Source: an uncultured Nitrososphaerota archaeon (GTDB lineage: Archaea; Thermoproteota; Nitrososphaeria; Nitrososphaerales; Gagatemarchaeaceae). Taken from it: a stretch of 64,000 bases of DNA. Below, piece after piece: positions 8,932-17,732 of the stretch; the stretch's first letter is position 1; each line of letters begins with the position of its first letter. The notes below the pieces were generated by a model. The model was not told where the DNA came from and made no database searches. It was given only the letters and a program-made list of their open reading frames with translations. Made by a program: the position numbers and the translations under genes. The stretch covers positions 1 to 64,000 of the forward strand of contig CAWISW010000002.1 in NCBI GenBank assembly GCA_963838925.1. Reading direction: 5' to 3'.

Positions 8932-8979
8932 AGCGAGCAGGGCGGGGAAGTCCACATCCAGCCCATCACCGGAATCTGG
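8932..8979 (+). repeat. Repeat R7 (stop codon decayed to TGG)
   Basis: agcgagcagggcggggaagtccacatccagcccatcaccggaatctgg = SEQGGEVHIQPITGI. Confidence 0.85.
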
Positions 8980-9129
8980 TTTGGAACAAGAGGCGGGGAC
9001 CTGGGTTCTTCGGCCCGTTCCCTCCGTCATCTTTGACTCCCCTGGGGGAAGCCACAAGCGGGCATGATGGAAGCTTGCTCTCTCGTTTCCGGTCGAGTTT
9101 CAAGAGCCCAGCATGAGGCTGCTGGTCGC

Positions 9130-9624
9130 CTAACCGTTGCCCTTGGCCTGGATCAGCCTCTTCTCGAAGCAGACGCTCATCTCGCTTTCGGCGTGCTTCC
9201 CGTAGTTCTTGATGCGGTGGTAGCCCAGCTTCTCATACAGGGCGATTGCCTCCGGCTGACGGACCCCGGTCTCCAACCGGGCGACCTCGTATCCGCGCTC
9301 TCGCGCGATACGCTCCAGTTCCCCCATAACGACCTTGGAGTAGCCTCTCCCTCGAAACTCAGTCTCAACGAAGATCCTCTTCAGCTCCGCGACGCCTTCA
9401 TCCAGACGGCGGATCGCGCCGCAGGCCACAGGGCGCCCGCCGCTCCGCCCGATCACGAACGCTCCCTTCGGGCCGAGCACGTCCTCCGGCGCAAAGTCTC
9501 CCGACCCGTCCTCCATGTAGTCGTACCTGCGCGCCAGCTCGGCGGAGAGTTCGCGGATGAGCTTGGCTGCCTCCGCGCTTCGGGGGTCGGCCGCCTCCAC
9601 CGTGAACGCGTCCCCGGTCATCAT
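9130..9624 (-). CDS. GNAT family N-acetyltransferase
   Basis: AELKRIFV..FRGRGYS..LETGVRQPEAIALYEKLGY. Confidence 0.9.
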   Translation of the reverse strand: MMTGDAFTVEAADPRSAEAAKLIRELSAELARRYDYMEDGSGDFAPEDVLGPKGAFVIGRSGGRPVACGAIRRLDEGVAELKRIFVETEFRGRGYSKVVMGELERIARERGYEVARLETGVRQPEAIALYEKLGYHRIKNYGKHAESEMSVCFEKRLIQAKGNG

Positions 9625-9867
9625 GACTTCGTACGGGAGTGTGGCTTTAACGGTTGGGTCGGCTCGAGGACCCAGTCGGACTCCATCGCCCCTTACGCGT
9701 TGCTCCAATCCCGTTATAGGGAGGAGCAGGACGCTGGGTGCTGAGACCGATGCTGTGCTACTGTGGAAGGCATCTCTCGCGGGGCGAGGAAGGTCTGCTG
9801 GTCTGCGCCACCTGCAAGCTTCCTCCTCCAAGGTGCAGGTGCCTCCCGTTGGGTGTGGGCTGAGGGG

Positions 9868-10338
9868 CTACATGACGACCCGGTAGTCGTCTTCTATCCT
9901 GACGATGTCGGCTTCGTCGAAGTGGCCCTTCGAGACCTCCAGGATGTCGGCGCTCTCTTCGTCACACCCGAGGCGATGAACCATCATCTGAGGGACGACG
10001 ACGTGCGAGTCCTTTTCGAGCGGAACCTTTTCGAGAAGCTGGCCACGCTTTAGAATCGCGTAGGCTCGTCCCTTGAGGCAGTACCACTCCTCGGTGCGGT
10101 GGCGGTGGTATTGCAGACTCAGACGCGACCTCGCATAGACGTGAATGATCTTCACGGTCAGCGGTTCGCCGGGATTGTGCTGAAGGAGCTCTCCCGTCGG
10201 GTGGTAGATCGGTTCGAGCTCGGAGAGAAAGCCTGCTAGCCAGGAGGGGGACGGAGCTTCGTCCTCAAGGAAGAGTGAGAAGAAGCCCCAAGGGCGTCGC
10301 TCAACCCTGATGGGCGTGGAGAGAATCGAGGATTTCAA
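9868..10338 (-). CDS. mannose-6-phosphate isomerase-like cupin
   Basis: RPWG, RLSLQYHRHRTEEW, HRL, DIVRIEDDY motifs. Confidence 0.85.
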   Translation of the reverse strand: MKSSILSTPIRVERRPWGFFSLFLEDEAPSPSWLAGFLSELEPIYHPTGELLQHNPGEPLTVKIIHVYARSRLSLQYHRHRTEEWYCLKGRAYAILKRGQLLEKVPLEKDSHVVVPQMMVHRLGCDEESADILEVSKGHFDEADIVRIEDDYRVVM

Positions 10339-10402
10339 AACTGAGTGGGATCCTCTGCTGCGACCTACGGGGGATTGGAGCTTAAAACCGTTTGAGGAAG
10401 CC

Positions 10403-11446
10403 CTAGCCTTCTGAGACGAGCTCCGTAATTGCTTCCATGAGGACTCCTTTCGCCACATCCACCTTGTAGGCGTTGTTCTGGAGAGGGGTCGCGGCAGAAA
10501 GGGCTGGAGCTGCCGCCTGTCCGGGCGCCAGCGTCGAGAGATCGCTGCCGTTCAGCACCGCCTCGACCCCGGCATCCCTGTACGGTGCTGGGGCGACCCC
10601 TCCGAACACCACCCTGGAGTCTCTTACGGTGCCTCCGTCAAGGGTGACGGTCACCGCCACGCTGGCTATGGCGAAATCTAGCGCGTTCCTTATCCTTGAC
10701 TTTACGAAGACCGATCGGAAGGCTTGCGGCGACGGAGGGACTTTGACAGCCGTCACGAGCTCCGACGGAGAGAGGATGTGAGACTGGAGGACGTCTCCCA
10801 TCCACACGTTCCCCGGGATGAACTCGCTCACGCTCACCGTCTTCGTCCCGTATTGCCCTGCTATCACGACTGAAGCGCCCAGCGCCTCGAGCGCCACCGC
10901 GAGGTCGGAGGGATGCGCGGCGTAGCAGTCGTTCCCTCCCATCACGCTGTGGTAGTACCTGTTGTCCGCCCCTTCCTGTATGGCGTAGCAGGTGCTGCCA
11001 CCAGCCCTCCACGTCTTGAAGCCGTTGCGCAGAAACCAGCACCAGACCTGTTGGGTCAGCGCACCTCCGACCGTCGCCACGTTTCGCACCTGGGGCGCCG
11101 ATATTAGGCCCGCAGCCTGTGCCAGCAATGGGTAGTTCTCGGCGATGACAGCGGAGCTCTCCACCTCGCTCAGGGTGGTCAGCGCCCCCATCGACAAGCC
11201 CTTCGTCCCGTCGAAGTCGAGGAAGCGGATCTCCCCCACCCCCTTGATGTCGACGATCACCTCGGGGTATTCCACCATCGCGTCTCGCTTCATGAGGTGA
11301 AGCAGGTCCGAGCCTCCAGCGATCACCTTCGCCTTTCCCCCGTACTTTCCCAACACCGCCACCGCGTCTGCGACGGTGAGGGGAGTCACGTAGCTGAACC
11401 CGGGTAGCGACCTGGGGTTGAGACCAGGGAGGAGCCCGCTCGACGT
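10403..11446 (-). CDS. xanthine dehydrogenase-family FAD-binding subunit (PaoB-like); start uncertain
   Basis: IAGGSDLL, QVRNVATVGG, AHPSDLAVAL, NAYK motifs. Confidence 0.88.
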   Translation of the reverse strand, partial: TSSGLLPGLNPRSLPGFSYVTPLTVADAVAVLGKYGGKAKVIAGGSDLLHLMKRDAMVEYPEVIVDIKGVGEIRFLDFDGTKGLSMGALTTLSEVESSAVIAENYPLLAQAAGLISAPQVRNVATVGGALTQQVWCWFLRNGFKTWRAGGSTCYAIQEGADNRYYHSVMGGNDCYAAHPSDLAVALEALGASVVIAGQYGTKTVSVSEFIPGNVWMGDVLQSHILSPSELVTAVKVPPSPQAFRSVFVKSRIRNALDFAIASVAVTVTLDGGTVRDSRVVFGGVAPAPYRDAGVEAVLNGSDLSTLAPGQAAAPALSAATPLQNNAYKVDVAKGVLMEAITELVSEG

Positions 11447-11448
11447 TC

Positions 11449-13731
11449 CTAAGCGCCTCCTGAGCTCTTCAGCGCCTCGATGACCATCTGAGGTGTGATC
11501 GGGAGGGACGCGAACCTCACCCCTATCGCGTTGGCGACAGCGTTCCTGATCGCAGAGTGGGTGCAGATGATCATGCTCTCCCCGCCGCCCTTCGCTCCGA
11601 AGGGCCCCCGGGGGTCGGGGTTCTCGATCACGATCGGGACCATCTGGGGCACGTCCATGCTCGTCGGGACGTGGTAGTAGAGCCAGTCCCGGGTCACCGA
11701 CTGGAGCGTCGTCACGTCCACGACGTAGTCTTCGAGCAGGCCGTAGCCGACGCCCTGGAGGGCGGCCCCCTGCATCTGGCCTTCCACTCCCAGCGGATTT
11801 ATCGCCTTCCCGTAGTCTTGGACCATCACCAGGTTCGTTGGGGTGACCTTGCCCGTCCACGCGTCTACCTCCACCTCAGCGAAGCAGACGCCGAACTGGA
11901 AGCCCGACTTGCTTACCGCGGACGTGTGCACGTAGACTCCAGTGCCGTCGACGCTGCTTCCCTCTGGCAGGTGCTGGAGCACCTCGGCGAAGCTCGCGCT
12001 CCGGCCCGAGTTCGTCACCGTCACCCTGCTCCCCTCCGTGTCGAGCGCGTCAGGGCTCGCACCCAAGACCTGCGACGCGACGTTCAGCAGGGCCTGCTTC
12101 GCGTTGGCAGCGGCCGCCTTCGCGGCGTTCCCGGCAATGAACGTGGTCCTGCTCCCGAATGTGCCTTCGAGGGGCGCGGGCGGGTACTGGGTATCGCCCA
12201 TGAGGATCTCTACGTCCCCCAGGTTCGCGCCCAACTCCTCCGCGACGAGCATGCACATCGTGGTGGATTGCCCACCGCCGAGGTCGGACGTGCCCATCGT
12301 GATCCAGACGGTGCCGTCCTTCCTGATCGAGACGGACGCGTTGGCCTGGTCCGGGATGTGCCCGAAGCCGTAGGTGAGGAGGGCCATGCCGATGCCGTAG
12401 TGCGTGTGGGTGTCCGCGCTCAGGCCGCTGAAGGGGGCCCATTTCGTGCCCCAGCCGCTGGCGTCCATTCCCTTCCCAATGGCCTCGATGAAGGCCGACC
12501 CCCCGACCTGGGAGAAGTCGACGGCGTTTCCCTCGATCTCCAGCACGTCGTCGGGACGTATGCAGTTCTGGAGGTGCACCTGGGTCGGGTCCATCCCGAG
12601 CTTCAAGGCGAGGTCGTCGATTGCCGCCTGGACAGCGAAGTTGGTCTGCACGCCCCCGTAGCCTCTGAAAGCGCCAGACGGGGGGTTGTCGGTGAACACG
12701 GCAATCGTCGTGTAGCGCATGTTCGGGACCCTGTACCCGTTGAATATCGCCCGGGCGCCGACGTACGGGACGGAGTCCCCTCCCGCCACATAGGCCCCCT
12801 TGTCGAAGACCGCGTAGAGGTCGATCGCTGTGATCTCGCCCGTGCTCTTGGCCCCTATCGTAACCGTCAACTGGGCGGGGTGGCGCTTGTTTGGCGAAGA
12901 CTCGAACGCATAGTCCTGCGGCATGATCATCTTCACGGGCCGCCCGGTCTTCTTCGCAAGGATTGCCGCCATCGGGATGAACCTGTAGACGTTGTCTTCC
13001 CCGAAGCCGCCTCCGAGGTTCTGAGATACGACCCTCACGTTGCTGACGGGCACCTGAAGGAGCTGCGCTAGCTCCGCCTGTCTGGTGAAGATCACTTGGC
13101 TGTCGTTGTAGACGGTCAGCCTGTCCCCCTCCCACTCGGCGACGCAACAGAACGGCCTGAGAGACGCGGCGGCTTGGGAGGGCACTTTGTACTGGCCCGT
13201 GAAGACCACGTCCGCCTGCGCCATGCCCGCGTCAACGTCGCCCCTCGAGAGCACGAGTGGCGAGTATGGATTCATCACGTTGCCCGCGTAGAACGGCGAC
13301 TCGACGTCCGGGGCGCCAGGCTGGGTCGTAGCCGAGGCGTCGCCCGTTGCAGGGAGAGGTTGGTACTTCACGTTCACGAGGTTGACCGCCGCGTCGGCTA
13401 TCTGCTCGGTCTCGGCCGCGATGGCCGCGACCTCGTCGCCGACGAACCTGACGTAGGGGTCGACGGCTCCGGCCAGGACCCTCTGATCGTACACGGGAGG
13501 GAAGGGTATCTCAGGGACGTCTTTGCCCGTGATTACCGCCGCGACCCCTGGGAGGCGCTCGGCCTCAGACGTGTCGACGCTGAGAATGCTCGCCCTTGGG
13601 TACGGGCTTCGGACCACTCGCCCCACGAGCATGCCCGGCACGTCCAGGTCGATCGTGTAGCTAGCGGTCCCGGTCACCTTCTGCCTGGCACGGAAGTCGG
13701 GCACCTTGGTCCCTATGGTGGAGAACGACAC
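11449..13731 (-). CDS. xanthine dehydrogenase-family molybdopterin-binding subunit
   Basis: KVTGTASY, LGGGFG, AFRGYG, QMQGAALQGVG, GAKGGGE motifs. Confidence 0.93.
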   Translation of the reverse strand: MSFSTIGTKVPDFRARQKVTGTASYTIDLDVPGMLVGRVVRSPYPRASILSVDTSEAERLPGVAAVITGKDVPEIPFPPVYDQRVLAGAVDPYVRFVGDEVAAIAAETEQIADAAVNLVNVKYQPLPATGDASATTQPGAPDVESPFYAGNVMNPYSPLVLSRGDVDAGMAQADVVFTGQYKVPSQAAASLRPFCCVAEWEGDRLTVYNDSQVIFTRQAELAQLLQVPVSNVRVVSQNLGGGFGEDNVYRFIPMAAILAKKTGRPVKMIMPQDYAFESSPNKRHPAQLTVTIGAKSTGEITAIDLYAVFDKGAYVAGGDSVPYVGARAIFNGYRVPNMRYTTIAVFTDNPPSGAFRGYGGVQTNFAVQAAIDDLALKLGMDPTQVHLQNCIRPDDVLEIEGNAVDFSQVGGSAFIEAIGKGMDASGWGTKWAPFSGLSADTHTHYGIGMALLTYGFGHIPDQANASVSIRKDGTVWITMGTSDLGGGQSTTMCMLVAEELGANLGDVEILMGDTQYPPAPLEGTFGSRTTFIAGNAAKAAAANAKQALLNVASQVLGASPDALDTEGSRVTVTNSGRSASFAEVLQHLPEGSSVDGTGVYVHTSAVSKSGFQFGVCFAEVEVDAWTGKVTPTNLVMVQDYGKAINPLGVEGQMQGAALQGVGYGLLEDYVVDVTTLQSVTRDWLYYHVPTSMDVPQMVPIVIENPDPRGPFGAKGGGESMIICTHSAIRNAVANAIGVRFASLPITPQMVIEALKSSGGA

Positions 13732-13737
13732 CCGACT

Positions 13738-14340
13738 TCAGCCCTCCTGGGCAGCAGCAAGGACCGCGTTGACTATGTGCGGGTAGCTTCCGCACCTGCA
13801 TATGTTCCCGGACAGGGCCCGGGAGACCTCCGACGCGCTCGGGTTCGGCGTCGACCTCAGCAAGGCGGTCGCCGTGACGATCATGCCCGGGGTGCAGTAC
13901 CCGCACTGGAACCCTCCTTCGTCCATGAACGCCTGCTGCAGCGGGGAGAGCTCGCTGCCGGTCGCTATGCCTTCTATGGTTGTGATCTGGTGGCCGTCTG
14001 CCTCGATGGCGAGCCTGTGGCAAGAGTAGACGGGCACGCCGTCCATCAGCACGGTGCAGGCTCCGCACTCGCTGTTGGAGCAGCCCGGCCTCGTCCCCTT
14101 GAGCTTCAAGTCCTTTCTCAGGACGTCGAGGAGCGTGGAGTTTGCGGCGACGCTTAGCTGTTCCGCTCTGCCATTGACTTCCACCGAGATGACCTTTGAA
14201 GCGACCGGCGCCTGGGAGGGCAGGATGGACCCCAACGCGGTGCGTCCCGACGGAGTTCCGAAGAGCCATGCCGAGGCCCCCGTCACGACCGCCGCGCCTC
14301 CTACGAATAGCTTCAAGAAGTTCCTTCTGGAAATCCTCAA
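13738..14340 (-). CDS. (2Fe-2S) subunit with Tat signal peptide (PaoA-like)
   Basis: SRRNFLK twin-arginine signal; CSNSECGAC, QCGYCTPG, CRC motifs. Confidence 0.93.
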   Translation of the reverse strand: MRISRRNFLKLFVGGAAVVTGASAWLFGTPSGRTALGSILPSQAPVASKVISVEVNGRAEQLSVAANSTLLDVLRKDLKLKGTRPGCSNSECGACTVLMDGVPVYSCHRLAIEADGHQITTIEGIATGSELSPLQQAFMDEGGFQCGYCTPGMIVTATALLRSTPNPSASEVSRALSGNICRCGSYPHIVNAVLAAAQEG

Positions 14341-14422
14341 AGGTGAAGCCGCGAAGGAGACTTTGGTCTAATAACGTTTCTTTGGAAGGAATGGCCCAAG
14401 CCGAGAGCCAAGGGTCGCCAAT

Positions 14423-14560
14423 CTATGGTTGCGCGGCGGAGCTCCTAGCACTCGCAACGTTCAGCGCGCCGAGGAAGACGCTCACTACCACGATGAAGAT
14501 GGACAGGGCCGCCGGGATGTCCGAGAGCTCCATCGACGCTCCTATGAAGACCCGCCCGCC
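14423..14560 (-). pseudogene. 3' remnant of a paralog of the 8219-8914 membrane protein
   Basis: GGRVFIGASMELSDIPAALSIFIVVVSVFLGALNV aligns with VVGATMEIADLPSAVAIFVIIVSVFLGALNI. Confidence 0.7.
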
Positions 14561-14601
14561 AAGGACCCTTTTTTAGTTGGCAGGTTCACGAAGGCGATGA
14601 G

Positions 14602-14979
14602 TTGGCCGACACCAAGCTCGCCGGGTCGGTAGTCAGGGGGATCTTCGCCACTGACAAGAGGATAAACTTCTGCGCGGTGGTCGATCCTAGCGGGAGAATC
14701 GAAGCAGGCGGGATGCGACCGGGACTGAAGTCATTGGAGCCAGCCGCCGAGACCGAGAGAATAGTCACCCGGATGTTCTTGAACCAGGCAATGAACCAAG
14801 CGACAGACCAGTACCTCGGGCGTGCGATCTGGTCGATCGTCCGCAGGGAAGAGCTCGTGCAGATCACATTCCCTTTCGCCGACGGGAAGCAACTGCAGAT
14901 CACAGCTTCCCTCACATATCCGATTTCGAAGGTCAACAAACTAGCCAAGGTCGTTGACAAGCTGAGCGCGAGACGGTAG
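14602..14979 (+). CDS. DUF6659-like / roadblock-fold protein
   Basis: INFCAVVDPSGRIEAGGMRPGL pattern typical of thaumarchaeal small proteins. Confidence 0.7.
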   Translation: MADTKLAGSVVRGIFATDKRINFCAVVDPSGRIEAGGMRPGLKSLEPAAETERIVTRMFLNQAMNQATDQYLGRAIWSIVRREELVQITFPFADGKQLQITASLTYPISKVNKLAKVVDKLSARR

Positions 14980-15009
14980 GAAGGTCAACGATTGCGCTGA
15001 ACGTCTGGG

Positions 15010-16065
15010 TCAGGCAACCCTGACGCTGACCTTCGTCACCGTGTTGTAGCCATATCCGTGCAGGTTCCACACCGGGGCCAGCGGCTGCGCATCTCCCGCT
15101 CCGTCGAAAGCGCGTGACGCAAGGTTGTAGGTGCCGCGTCTCTTGGGCACCCAGATGACCGACCACCGCCGCCATGCATAGGGCCCCTTGGCTACGTCCA
15201 GTCTGGCGCGCCTCCACCCTCCGCTGCCCGACCTGAACTCGACCCTGTCCACGCCGCCTGAGCCCGACCATGCGAGACCAGACACTTTGAGGGGGACGCC
15301 CAGCGCGACCCGGACGCCGCCTCGTGGCTCGACTATCAGCGACTTCGGCTTCATCCTCTGAACCGCAGTCGACGCGTCGCTGTCAGAGTCCGTGTAGACG
15401 TACCTCGCCGACTGAAACCACCCCTTGAACGGCCTTGCGACGACCTCCACCTCTTCGAGCCACTTCACCGACGCCATCCCGTACCATCCCGGGACGACGA
15501 GCCGGAGGGGGTATCCGTGGAGGATGGGGAGCGGTCTGCCGTTCATCCCGAACGCCAGGAGGACCTCTTTCGAGAGCGCATCCTTCAGGGGCAGGCTGCG
15601 CTCGAAACGCATCTTCCGTCCGCCCTCGTCTCCAGAATCGGCGCCGCGGAAGACCACCTCGCACGCGGCCCTCTTCGGGCCAGCTCTTCTCAGGAGCTCG
15701 GCAAACGGGACTCCCGTCCACTCGTTTGTGCCCACGGCCCCGTCTCCCCACGGAGTTCCGCCCGGGGTAGGCCGCATCCTCCTCCTGCTGTTCCCCGCGC
15801 ACTCCAGGGTCACCGTCGAGGTCTTTCTCTTCATGGCCTTGACATCGCCGAGAGAGAGCGTGAGCTCGTTTCGAACCGCCCCTGTCACCCTGAGCCGCCA
15901 CTCTGAGAGGCTGATTTTCGGCGCCTCAAAGTGGTTCCTGACGTAGAACTCGGAGGTCGGCGTAATGTCGCTGCTCAACGCGTGCTCGGGGGTCTCCGCG
16001 TTGAACGGCTCCTCTTCCACGATGACTGGGCTGCCTCTTCCTCTCCGCGCCTTCGTCTGACTCAA
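15010..16065 (-). CDS. sulfite oxidase-family molybdoenzyme
   Basis: FYVRNH, TLECAGN, HGYPLRLVVPGWYGMASVKW motifs. Confidence 0.92.
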   Translation of the reverse strand: MSQTKARRGRGSPVIVEEEPFNAETPEHALSSDITPTSEFYVRNHFEAPKISLSEWRLRVTGAVRNELTLSLGDVKAMKRKTSTVTLECAGNSRRRMRPTPGGTPWGDGAVGTNEWTGVPFAELLRRAGPKRAACEVVFRGADSGDEGGRKMRFERSLPLKDALSKEVLLAFGMNGRPLPILHGYPLRLVVPGWYGMASVKWLEEVEVVARPFKGWFQSARYVYTDSDSDASTAVQRMKPKSLIVEPRGGVRVALGVPLKVSGLAWSGSGGVDRVEFRSGSGGWRRARLDVAKGPYAWRRWSVIWVPKRRGTYNLASRAFDGAGDAQPLAPVWNLHGYGYNTVTKVSVRVA

Positions 16066-17684
16066 GGACGAACCCTTCTCCGCGATGCGACTCTAAGCGA
16101 GGCCGCCGCGACGCTGACAGCGACAAGAAGCGCGATCGGGATGCTCGACCCTGGAAATTCTGGCACTCTACTCGTCGAGCTCGTAGTCGACGCTGTCGAT
16201 GTGCTTGACGACGCCGAGGTTGAAGATGAGGAAGGCGTCGACGAGGCAGAGGATGCGGTGGAAGTGGTCGACGTGGCGGCAGCCCCAGATTCAAGCAGCA
16301 CCGGGAGGATGCCTATCGGGACGGCCCCGTTGACTGACCTCGTCGTCCCGTTTAGCTCGTGGTACTTCAGGTATTGGGATTGAGGCGAGTATGAGACCGC
16401 CGAGTCGCTCCAAACTATGAGCGCGGAAACTCCTGTGCTTCCCGTCAGCCCGCAGGTCCAGATCGAGGACGAATCCTCTGTGCAAGGCCCATCCATTGTC
16501 GAGCCGACCAGCCAATCGTACGTCTGCTGGTAGTCTTGGTTGTTCTCCGCCGACGCTGATGGAGTCCCGAATCCCGTGAGGCCGTTCCCAGAAAGCCACG
16601 AGAACCAGACCGCTATCTGGATGTTCTCGCTCGCCTGGATGATGAAGAACCTGCTGACGTATGCCGCCTGCTGGTCGGCCGACGCCCCGTAGAGCTGGTT
16701 CGCCCCTTCGTCGTCGCTGTAGCCTCCCTCCGTGTCTATCAGCGGCATCCCGGACACGCCGTTGTTCGCCATTATCGCACGGGCGTCGTCAATCTGGGTG
16801 ATGAGTGACGCCCCCGCGCATTCCTGTATCGCCGTAGTCGGGCAGCTTATGCCGTTCTGGACGCATATCGAGTTCGATGCCGGACAGTTCTTGCCGTGGA
16901 AATCGAAGCCGTCCGCGTACGCACCTCCCCCCGCCGCCAAGTACGCCGCGAGCCAGCACGTGCTCGAGCCGCATGCGGGGTTTGCGCTCAGGACGCCCCC
17001 CACCGAGACGGACGGGGTCAGCACCTGCGCGCTCGGGTCGGTCGCCTTGACGATGTTGTAGAGGCTTTGAGCGAGAAGAACCATCTCAGACATGCTTCCT
17101 GAGTACTCCGACGGGACGTCCGGCTCGTTCCACGGCTCGTAATACTGGATCTCTCCCCTGTACCTCGTCACGAGCGCGGTGACGAACCTGTTCCAGTCGT
17201 TGATGTTGGTCGGTGGCGCGGCGCACCCGGTCACTCCCGACTTCGCGGTCAGTGAGCAGCTCTGGCTGGGATTGGAAGACGCCCATTGTGGCGTGTTGTA
17301 AAAGGAGTACATGAAGCTGGTTATCCCAACCGCCTTCGCTCTGCTGATCGAGTTGTCCAGGGGAGCCCAGACGAAAGTCCCGTTCGAGGGCTCCAAGTCG
17401 TGCCAGTCGGTACCGTCGGTCTTGCCCAACGTCCCTATCGAGACGGGAACGGGCCATGCCCCAGCGCTCCCTACCAACCCGTTCACCGTCATTGCAAAGA
17501 AGGTGTTCGGCACGGGATTGGTTGCATAGGCCGGCTTCTGGGCCAAGACCGCTAATCCGAGGGGACTGACGACGATGAGGGCTAGAATCACCAACGCAGG
17601 TGAGTGCGCCTGACCTCGAGACAACCTGCCGAGGCAGCGCTGCACCGTGATTTCAACGAATCTGTCTAAGCCGTGCTCTGCCAT
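16062..17684 (-). CDS. cell-surface clan GH-A glycoside hydrolase (GH39/GH5-like) with PEF-CTERM-type anchor; start uncertain
   Basis: WNEP acid/base, DTEGG nucleophile, Ser/Thr linker, VPEFP plus TM and basic tail. Confidence 0.8.
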   Translation of the reverse strand: MAEHGLDRFVEITVQRCLGRLSRGQAHSPALVILALIVVSPLGLAVLAQKPAYATNPVPNTFFAMTVNGLVGSAGAWPVPVSIGTLGKTDGTDWHDLEPSNGTFVWAPLDNSISRAKAVGITSFMYSFYNTPQWASSNPSQSCSLTAKSGVTGCAAPPTNINDWNRFVTALVTRYRGEIQYYEPWNEPDVPSEYSGSMSEMVLLAQSLYNIVKATDPSAQVLTPSVSVGGVLSANPACGSSTCWLAAYLAAGGGAYADGFDFHGKNCPASNSICVQNGISCPTTAIQECAGASLITQIDDARAIMANNGVSGMPLIDTEGGYSDDEGANQLYGASADQQAAYVSRFFIIQASENIQIAVWFSWLSGNGLTGFGTPSASAENNQDYQQTYDWLVGSTMDGPCTEDSSSIWTCGLTGSTGVSALIVWSDSAVSYSPQSQYLKYHELNGTTRSVNGAVPIGILPVLLESGAAATSTTSTASSASSTPSSSSTSASSSTSTASTTSSTSRVPEFPGSSIPIALLVAVSVAAASLRVASRRRVRP

Positions 17685-17732
17685 CGACCATCCGGAAAAG
17701 CTATTGTGCAAGGCCGCCAAAAGCAACTTGCC

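Noticed and set aside
198-8979. CRISPR array interpretation of the repeats
   Set aside because: The repeats are coding-derived and variable in length, spacers are 0.4-4 kb and contain genes, and no cas genes are present.
11557-14157. Long + strand ORFs (504 aa, 353 aa) opposite the Mo-enzyme genes
   Set aside because: Antisense shadows caused by high GC3, with no motifs. The same applies to most Arg/Pro/Gly-rich overlapping ORFs in the track.
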